DNA of 63,993 nucleotides, filler included, from Perkinsus olseni (Eukaryota): NCBI GenBank assembly GCA_013115125.1. It is 4 parts of 4 records of this genome, joined end to end, with 100 filler letters (N's around TTAATTAATTAA, not from the genome) between each part and the next. Parts side by side here need not be neighbours in the genome. Positions count along the whole stretch, not along the records: positions 50,784 to 63,993 come from JABANN010000768.1; 3 more parts are not named here. One strand, 5' to 3'. Shown piece by piece: positions 51,150 to 60,343 of this stretch (position 1 is its first letter; each line of letters starts with the position of its first letter). The notes under the pieces were generated by a model. It saw only the letters and a program-made list of their open reading frames with translations, ran no database searches and was not told where the DNA came from. The position numbers and the translations under genes were made by a program.

Positions 51150-52678
51150 TAGTTGACCCCCTCGTCGACATCAGCGACGAGGGTTGCAGAGTCAACTGCG
51201 AGGTTAATGTCTTGGGTGATGTTATCCGTGACGTCACTACCAGTAACCCCAGTATTCCCAGTAGGGATGGTGTGCCAGACAGGTTTGCAGCAGTGCTCGA
51301 CCGCAGAATGCGCTCCATGGCAATTACTGCATTTGCGTGGCCCCTTGTAGAAACGAGGGAAGGCGCATACTTCCAGAGCATGCTGCCCACCGCACCGAGC
51401 GCATTCGACCTCGAAGGGGCAATCAGTTAGACCTTTGAGTTGATGGTACTTTCCGCATTTGTAGCACAGCCCTCCCTTTTTGGAGAGTTTAATGGCTCTG
51501 CAGCTGCAGAGACCTAGGAACACCCTTCCAGAACTGGCTACAGCTTTCAGTGTTTCCACCGGACCTTTAATGATCGCATACCTGTCGCGATTGCAGACTA
51601 TGCTCAGCCTTGTCGTATCCACATTGTTCTTGCTGGCTAGATCTTTCATCAGAATATCCCGCACATCCTGACCCGATGGGTACATGATTTTAACAGTTAA
51701 GGTCTTTTTAGGGACCTCTTTCACCACCAGAGTGGTATCCGTGGAGACGGCGGCAATGGCCGCGTTCCATTGGTCTCTGTTTGGTAGGATCAGGCCTACC
51801 CCACCACCAATGGCTATGGTTTTGGTCACTCTAAGCTCACTGAGCAGGGAACTCGCCTTGCTGGCGAGTTCCTTGAACTCATTTTCAGTTAGGGTCTCCC
51901 AGTGTCCGTTTGGCTGTACCTTGCTTTTGTAAGACAGGCAAAGAATGGTCCCGTCCTGATTTCCAGTGTCCGTGCTACGGCTCACGCTCGCGCGAGACGC
52001 AGCCCTCTGTCTGCTACTACTTCTCTTCCTCGCGTTTCCCCCTACCGGCACATTTCCACGTGAGCTGCTGCTTGGGGCTTGTGCGACTCGTCGGGCATTC
52101 CGCTGAACTCGCCATCCTCCTGTAGTCATGGATCCTGTTGTGGTAGTGGTGGTAGCAACAGCGTCGCCTATGCATAGGAGATTATCTGTAGATGATGCGG
52201 CATCTCCTTCGGCAGTGGAGCGGAGAATTTCAATATCCTCCGAGGCTCTCCTTTTCTTACGGCCTGGGGTCGAGATACAACAAGAACTTTCAGTTGAAGC
52301 AGCCGAGACTGCATGCTTAGATTTTTCAAGCTCAGCACGAAGGCTGGCAACTTCTAGCGACAATTTCAGTATTTCACTATCCTTAGAAGATTGCGATTCC
52401 AGTTGCGAAAGCCATCTACTACGCAGTTCATTACTAACACCGAGAAGGGATATTCCTGCTCCCTTCGGCCATACGCATTTACGTTTAGCATAAAATTCCG
52501 TGACGATTGCGAACCATTCCAATAGTCCATCAATGTTACCTTTCAAATCTACATGGGGTACCTCAAGAGGTGCTTTTCTTCCGCGTGTTTCTTCCTCGTC
52601 GGTTGACTGTGAGGCCGCGCTTCCCCGTGGAGGAGGCGGTGGGCAGGCCTTGGAGCCGGGAGCCGAGGATTTTGCCAT
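51149..52678 (-). CDS. Retrotransposon ORF1 gag-like protein
   Basis: ATG at 52678, a coiled coil, and knuckles CYKCGKYH..C, CARCGGQHALEVC and CSNCHGAHSAVEHC. Confidence 0.88.
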   Translation of the reverse strand: MAKSSAPGSKACPPPPPRGSAASQSTDEEETRGRKAPLEVPHVDLKGNIDGLLEWFAIVTEFYAKRKCVWPKGAGISLLGVSNELRSRWLSQLESQSSKDSEILKLSLEVASLRAELEKSKHAVSAASTESSCCISTPGRKKRRASEDIEILRSTAEGDAASSTDNLLCIGDAVATTTTTTGSMTTGGWRVQRNARRVAQAPSSSSRGNVPVGGNARKRSSSRQRAASRASVSRSTDTGNQDGTILCLSYKSKVQPNGHWETLTENEFKELASKASSLLSELRVTKTIAIGGGVGLILPNRDQWNAAIAAVSTDTTLVVKEVPKKTLTVKIMYPSGQDVRDILMKDLASKNNVDTTRLSIVCNRDRYAIIKGPVETLKAVASSGRVFLGLCSCRAIKLSKKGGLCYKCGKYHQLKGLTDCPFEVECARCGGQHALEVCAFPRFYKGPRKCSNCHGAHSAVEHCCKPVWHTIPTGNTGVTGSDVTDNITQDINLAVDSATLVADVDEGVN

Positions 52679-52726
52679 TTCGGAAGTTTGTGAGCCGTAA
52701 GTGCGCAAAGGGGGCGCAAACAAGCT

Positions 52727-52730
<4 letters not shown>

Positions 52731-52763
<33 letters not shown>
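52731..52763 (+). repeat. (TAG)11 microsatellite
   Basis: Directly visible. Confidence 0.97.
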
Positions 52764-52802
52764 CAGTGGTAAATTCTCGCGCGCCACGAAATTATTTGTC
52801 AG

Positions 52803-53549
52803 GAATCTTGTATCCCACAGCTGAGCATGCCTTCCAAGCTCAAAAGATTCTCGATGTCGAGAAGCGGCGCTCGATGGTGGAGAAGTGCAAGACGGCGAAG
52901 TCTGTAATAGAGAAGGGGAAAATTTGGTATGAAAAAATTCCGGTACACTCACCAAAGAAAGGCCGATGTAACGAAGGGGATTTGCCACGAATTTTGGCCG
53001 ACAAAATATCGAACTTCGGATGGTGTGGGCGAAGAGGTACTGTCGCTGTTGGACTATAAACTCACACGCGGTCGGCCTACTCAGTAGCTTTGAGTGTGGA
53101 ACGTGTTTGGAAGAGAGAGGTTCAACGAGCACCGGCTACTATCGTCACGCTCTGAGTTAGCGTGGAAATGTCGATCGCTCGAAAGTGCAAGAATCCCGTA
53201 GGAGGTGTTGGCGTGGTGTCAGGCGAAGGCGTGGGGGCGGCGTGCGAAGCCTTTGAGGGAGGGGTGGAACGACATGCGCCTCGACGTTATGCGTCAAGTG
53301 GTTCGCGCTAAATTCACGAGCGGGTCAGAGTCCCTGAGGAGCATGCTAATGGAGACGGGCGATCGGGAGCTGGTCGAAGGGAATGTGTGGAACGACACCT
53401 TCTGGGGCGTCTCTTTGCGGTCGGGGAAGGGGCAAAATAATCTCGGAAAGATCATCATGGAGGTGATATCAGACGGGCCCGGAGTCGGAGGGGAAATAGC
53501 TTTTTTCGAGTAGGTTAGGGAAGAGCTGCTCAAGAAGAAGGATGAGTAG
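52803..53549 (+). CDS. NADAR/YbiA-family protein, first exon not present on this side of the retroelement
   Basis: YPTAEHAFQAQK, AKAWGRR, W..MRLDVM..VVRAKF, LVEGNVWNDTFWG and GQNNLGKIIME|VREEL. Confidence 0.92.
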
Positions 53550-54234
53550 TTTTTTGCGCTGTTTTTGTACGGCCCCCGTGCGCCACGAATTTTTTTCCTG
53601 ATTTTTTTTCAGCCGGTCCTGTTGCGGTCTTTTCATTCGTTTCTCTTGTATTTTTGTTTTGTCGTTGAGGGTATCGTGGTGGTTGAAGGAAAAAGAGAGA
53701 ATGCTGCTTTTCTCTGCTTAGCGATACACTTTGAATTCACGCGAGAAGTTCGATCAGAAGATGATGAATTAATAGACTATTAATTTGAAGTATATCAGGA
53801 GCTCTCTTGATTATATACCAACTTTTTCGATATTCGTCCTCCTGCCGGAGAGACGCTCACAGAGCTGACAGCTCATAGTACCCGAACGCCTCATCGTTAA
53901 GGTATTTCGAGTTTTGTAGAAGGGTTCTTTAACGCCACTCCAATAATCAAAAGGTCATCAGGACAATTCACATGTGACGATCGCTGTGTGGCATGGGTGC
54001 CGCCGAGGGTTCACAAGGACCATACGCTTTTGGGGGGCCTCTCGACATCGTAAGCTACGGTCTCTCTCCGCCTTGATAAGGATAGTGGTAGGATTTGAGA
54101 CCGCCGAGTTGAAAGAGCCTGTCTGATTGGGAATTGTGGGTGGTGGCGGAGCGGACGCCCCCGCCTGTGGATTTATTTCGGAGTAATTTCGTGGCGAGTG
54201 ACGCTTCTCTCTACAGCACTTGTTTGCGTCCGCC

Positions 54235-57200
54235 ATGCCCGCTGTGAGAGGTCTTCTTCTTCGTCGTCGTCCTGCTGCTGCTGCTGGTGGTGGTGGCGAT
54301 GTAGCTAGTTTCATGGAAGTGGTGTTTGAGAACATGAGGGATTTGGGAGAACCGGACGTCGAGATCATGCGGGTAGTGATGGAGGGGAGGAGAATGGTCA
54401 CTTTTTGGAGGTGTTCCGGTGTGGAATCTTTCATCTTCGTTTTGGACGAGCTTCGACCTAAGATTTGTCTCGGAATGGTGAACTTTTGAATGAGCTGTGG
54501 CGGATTTTCATCGGGGGTTAGGTTGGGCAGATTTTTGCCTTCATCCGTTCCAGTCGTCGTCTAGCCTGTCCCCTGATTTCCCATCGGACGACTTGCCCCA
54601 TTCTCGAAGCCAAAAACCTTCGCGCTGCGCTCCTCTTGAGTATCTTTTGGGATGCATTATTACATTACAGAGGTTGGACTTCGATCGACTCGCAAGTTTT
54701 GCGTCCCCCTCCCGTGGCCTGGCGTGTCTAGGAGTGAGCTCGGGTAATTAACAGACGTCACATCGCCGAAAATCCACAATTCAAAATTTTTATTGACTTG
54801 TTCAGGGAATGATCGTCTCATCAGGTGAATAGGATACTAGAGGAGAACTACTTCGATACGGTGGAGTCCTTCGCTGCCACTACCCCCGATATTTGGGACG
54901 CTCTGTGCCTGCCTCGACACGTTATGGAGGCTGTGAGAAAGGAGATTGGGATTGATGATGATGATGATGATGATAGAGGAAACGGTCTTGGAGGGGCGGA
55001 TAAGGTTATAGGGGAAGGCGGAAATTTTTTCTGAATAATTTTTTATCGGTCGTGCGGTGGATTTTCGGTTGGTTTTGGTTTACAGTGGAGGGCTTGATGC
55101 TGAATAAAAATGGAGCGCGTGGGAATTGAACCTGGGACGTCGGGCTGGAAGTTGTTTCCTAGGCGCTGGCTGAGTGGCAGTCGGAAGCTCCGACGCCGGC
55201 CGCTGCGGAAGGAAGTGATAAACCTGCGTTGACAAAGGAAGTAACATTTTCGCTCGCCCGAATGATCGATTTGTGATTGAGGATTGTTAGGAGTGGGAGA
55301 GGAGGAGGCAGGAGGCGGCCCGGCGGGGGGAGGAGAAGCGGACGCAGCCGACGGAGGAGGGGGGAGCGCCGGCTGAGATAGGTCCCGGGTTCGATCCCGG
55401 CACCCAGCAAAAGCGCATCGAGTCGGTGGAGGTCGTGCCGTATACTTTGAAGCAGCTGGGAGACCCTCATGTGTCTTGGGTGGCAGTGTTGCAAGAGTAA
55501 TCATGAGCTTGGAATCGTGACCGCGCGCCAGGAAATTATTAGAGTATCTTTGTTGTTGATTTGATGCCAGCTCGAACCTTGGATATTTTTAGAGCGGTTC
55601 AGCGGTTGACTAATCGCAACACCGCGCCGGGCGTGGGGCTGTTCAACTGGGAGTATGAATCGAGGATGGTGGGCTCCAGTGGTGAGCGACTGGAGGTAGT
55701 ATCTAAGGTTGAAGCATGCAAGATACGAATTGGGTGGCGTTCAGCACCGAGCCACAGTCTCCTTCCGGTTGGACGCCCCGGAAGGCGACTCAGCTCGGCT
55801 GATGAAATTCATCGGATGCTGGCATCCGATGAAGAAGGCAAGTCAGCGCGAAGCGGCGAGGAACGCCATCGAGACGCTTCAGCTCGATGTGGACGACTTG
55901 GTCGCCCGGCATGGTAAACTGGGCGATTCGGGAAAAAAATCGGGAATTTTTTCCCTACGGAATTTAGGAAAGGGAAAGTGTGGTATCGTTTTGGGGCAGA
56001 TTTCATTTTAGGCGGCGATCCAAATGCTAATATACTTCAAACGGTTCATATTCGTCTGCAGCGGCACTTCGGACAGAAGCTGCACCGGGCTGGGGCGACG
56101 GTGATGCAGTGGAAACATGTGTGCAGCAAGGTAGTGGAGGGAGGGGATGGCCGGGGACTGTGATTTTGAAATCTTTTTGGGGTCTTTTCGGTGGGGGAAA
56201 TCGTTTTTGGGAGATCACTGGTCGCTGTTTGCTGATTTACGTTGGAAAAACTACGGGGAGGGAAAATTAACTGTTCTTTTGTTGGGAATTTTTAAGTATT
56301 TTTTCGAACGGTTTTGGTGGAAATCTCCAATTTGATAAAATGAGGTCTTTGGGAGCGGTGGGGAGATTAATGATTGAGAAACGTCCAGTAGAGGGGTGGA
56401 ACCGGGGGTCAATTCTTAGGAGGAAGAGAGCCCGGCTGCTGATTCCGCGGTGAAGACGGAGGAGTCCGCTGGCGAGCCCGTTCGCCCGGAAGATGAGGTT
56501 GGTTTGTGGCAGTCCTCAGTGACGGTACCCCAACTACAGAAGGAATTTGTTTCGGATTGGCAAAGTTGCAAAAAAGTGAGCAGCTCCGCTCCGCTAAGGT
56601 TTGTATGTTTTTTGTCTGCGGTTAGGATTCACAGAACGACGCGTGTTTTAAGCTGTCGGCGTTTTTGGATTCTATTGGAGTACCGCAGGCGAATGAAACG
56701 CCGGCGAGGAGGAAGAGTACGGGGAATTCTGGTACTAGGGGGGGGGGGGTCGGCAGGAGGGTTGGGCGGAGATGGTGGATCAAGTTGAGTGAGCTCAGCA
56801 AGAACTTGAGAAGTGTGGGCTTCGAAATTAAGGCCTCCACCGAGACAGAGGAGGGAAGTGCCGGCGGGAAAATACTCTGATGGCGTTGTAGAAGTCGGAT
56901 GAAAACAAATATCTTTAATAGTCGATGAAGCGCTTAGATATTGTTTGGCGACGCCTCCTGGTTGTCTACCACGGCTCGGCCTCCTTGGGGTGGTGAATTG
57001 AGTTTAATTTACTGGTAGAAAATCTCTAGTAGAGATCCTAGGTTTTGCACGAGTTCAAAAAGCGATTAAATTTGGCACGAGGACGCAGATGTTGTGCGGA
57101 TGAGGACAGTCTTTGCATTGGGCGAGCGCGAGAATAGTTGAGTGGTTTGATAGAAAATAATTGATTTAAGCCGCTTAAATTAAGCGTCGTCTAAGACTTG

Positions 57201-60002
57201 GACAGAGGAAAGAGTTGAAGTTTGACATAATCATTGTGCAGTACTGGGCGAGCGCGAGAACGCGTTCCATTTTGCGTTCGGTCTTTCGGGTGGCTGGAGA
57301 GCGATGATGTTGTTTTTGGAGAGACGAAATTTTCGAAATTTTTCGGGTGTTTTTCAGGGCGGAAGGGCGGGTCGTCGTCGCATTTTACTGGCGGGCCTTA
57401 CGACAGGGAAGGCGGAAAACGAAGGAGATTTTCCACCGGAAATTTTCGGGAAAATTCGACGGCGACTAATTTCGTCGGGGCCCAGCCGATACCATCGAGG
57501 GTGATGGGAGCGTATCCTGGGTTGGAGCTGGCACAAAACAGAATGGGTCGATACATGATGCGGCCGTTGGAGTACAATTATGTTCCTGGAGGGGCTGAAG
57601 GCCTCCGGTTTGAAGCGCCGCGGCCGCCCCCGTCGCCGGGACAGCTTTCCGGGGCCTGGCAACAGCAGGAGCGGCCGCTCGCGGGATCTTCTTACCCTGC
57701 AGGATACGGGTAGGAAAGATACGCGCGGGGTTGCGAAAGCCGCACAGAAAATATTTTTTGTGCGGGAATTTGGATTTTCAGATACCCTGTTCATGGGCAG
57801 GTGGATCGCTATGTTGTGGGAGCGGGAGGGAGGCAGAGCGGCTATGCAGTTCGGCAGACTTTTCAGGAACCTCCTGGGTAAGTGAAATCGGTCGCGTGAT
57901 CGATTTTCGTCTGGTAGAATTTTGTGTTTTTATCTGCTGAAAATTTTGGTATCTTTTTAGATATCCTTCACAAGCTTCGACCTATCAACCTCATGGAGCG
58001 TATCCATCTGGGCCCTATTATTGAGAGATCCTGAACGATTTGATACTTTCTTCTAGCTGTCGCGTTCAGGGACGGTGCAGGATGGCGAGGAAAATTGGGA
58101 AAAAACCCGAAAAATACGCATTTTTCGGGGAAAAAACCTATTTTTTTCGGGTGTCGGGGTTCGAAGTCGAACGATTGGCTTGGTTAGATTATCGAGGCTG
58201 TAGCTTTTCAAATTTCGTTCACAAATTTTAAGGTGTTAATTTTTCGCTGGTGACACGGAGAGGGGGTTGGGAGCGATGGTAATGCTGGGCGGTGGAGGGA
58301 TGCTCGTGCGCTATTAATTTTGAGGTATCTCATTACGCAATATTTTGGGATCAATTTTTTTGAAGTGGATGAGGAAAATTCCGGAAAATGTTTTTCTTGA
58401 GGAAAATCTTTTCGCTCCCGACCGAAGGATTTTGTAGAAGGGAGATGGGCAATCTGCCCACTTGCCGCCTGTGGAGTATTTTCGATGGTTGGCTGAGTAT
58501 CCGAGGTCGACCCTGGTCCTCTACAAGTGCGGCCGGATAGATTCACTGCAGTAGTGGCCTGCTCGCCTGTTTGTCATATTTTTTTCTTAACTTCTGATTG
58601 TTGATGGCTCCCGGAAGTGATGAAAATTTCGAAGTTATTTTCCACGCCCGAGAAGCCCTGAGGAAGCGTGGCCGCGGAGAGACTGAAATCCGAAAGGTGA
58701 TGATCGGCCATCGCTAGAGGTGTCAGAAAAATGATGACGACGATTGCGGTAGATTCTCACGATACTGAGAGACAACCTGCTGGATTCCGCGCCTAATATT
58801 ATGGATATTACCCAATCCACCTGGGTCGGTCTGAATTTGCCGGTCGGGCTGCTTCTCGAGCTCAGGAGGGCGGCGATCGCGGCTGGATGCACAGGAACTG
58901 ATACTTCACAGGTGGGGTGTAAAGAGCGCGCGCCCTGGTGATCGATTTTTTGATGACTTTGGTAGGTTGGGGAAGCTCGGCGGACTCCTGAGAGACATGA
59001 AGCGGGTTCATCGAGTGAGGGGGTTGGGGAGGAATCTTTTTCCTCTGTGGAAGTCGCGCTTGAAGGGAGTCATCATTATCGAGAGGAACTGGAGGTGGTG
59101 AATCGTCACGCGCCACGAAATTATTACCAGCTGTTGTTTTAGGAAACGCGGGACTCTCCTATTAATCGTTCGGGAAGATTCCATCGGCCGCCGGCGTCGG
59201 ATGGACAAGGATGGGGTGACAAGTACGGACGGCATCCTGTAGGGAGGAAAGATTCTGTAAGTGCCTAGGGTCAACCTATGATTCTCGAAGATTTTCCGGC
59301 GTCGAAGTCGTTCGGGTATAGCTTTGGCTAACTCCGTTCGATTGGATTGTACTTATTAATTTTTTGTTGTTTTCTTTTCAGTGTTGATGAAATTTTGGTT
59401 TAACAGAATATTTTTTGGCTTCACGCAAAAAATAAATTTTACGGAAATTCTGCTGTTTTTCCCAACCGGCGATGTTTGATGAACTGCCTTTGACGTATCC
59501 ACGTTGATCGGTCTCCTTCAGGTTGGTATTCATCACAAAAACTGGGCGGAGCGAAGCACGAGTGATGATAGTTTTCCTCATTCTATGCATCAGGGCGGCC
59601 CGCCGGGCAAACGGGTTCGGCTGCGGCGGAATGACGGCAGTCCGAGCGCGACGGGTGAAGCGAAAACTGAGATTATCGATTTTCGGACGTGGATGTCCCC
59701 GAGACAAGTAGACAGGTATCTTAGGTTGAAGCCTGAAGATTCTCCGGTAGGTCGCACCAGCTACCGAGCAAACTCCGAAGCGAAGTACACCGATTCTGTT
59801 GAATCGATCGGCTGCGGAGGCCGGCGAGGCTGCCGCTACCATGGCCATCCAAGAACAGCAGGGGCAGGGGCAGGGGCAGGGGCAGGGGCAGGGGCAGGGG
59901 CAGGGGCAGGGGCAGGGGCAGGGGCAGGGGCAGTACAGTGTACCTCCGCCACCCCCACCCCCTCCTCCTCCCTCGAGCTACTTCGGGAAAGGCCACCGAT
60001 AA
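54235..60002 (+). CDS. Protein with two dsRBD-like domains, SAM-like N-terminus and low-complexity C-terminus (long introns; 3' exons tentative)
   Basis: HRATVSF..FIGCWHPMKKASQREAARNAIETL and WQSSVTV..FVSDWQSCKK|DSQNDACFKL fit the dsRBD beta-KKxS/A-helix pattern. The last exon encodes (QG)n and poly-P. Confidence 0.55.
59859..59930 (+). repeat. (CAGGGG)12 hexamer repeat encoding (QG)n
   Basis: Directly visible. Confidence 0.95.
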
Positions 60003-60343
60003 CATTTGTCGTAACGGCTGTGTTGTGCTTGGGGGAACGGGATTTGACTTTTTCGCATCGCTCCGCTTGCTGTGTTCCTGAGGCTTTCGAGATCGATTAT
60101 TGGCATACTTGGATATTCGCTCGTTCGGGAGATATCTTAGGGTGGCCCTGGAATTCCGGAAGATACTTCTTCGCTGTGCGGTGCGTGATTACTGGTGTGA
60201 CAGAAGATTCGGACCATCTGTGGCGAGGGCTTGTGGTGAATTGTGAGAGATCCTGAGGTCGAAGCGTGCTCATGACACCACTGGAAGATACGTCCGGTCA
60301 TCTGTAGTATTATTCGTTTCTCTCTCTTCTTTCGTACCACACC

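Larger units (their letters stand above)
50784..52728 (-). mobile_element. APE-type non-LTR retrotransposon, 5' part (remainder lost in gap)
   Basis: Gag-like ORF1 with three Zn knuckles, followed directly by an APE endonuclease ORF2. The 5' end abuts (TAG)11. Confidence 0.9.
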
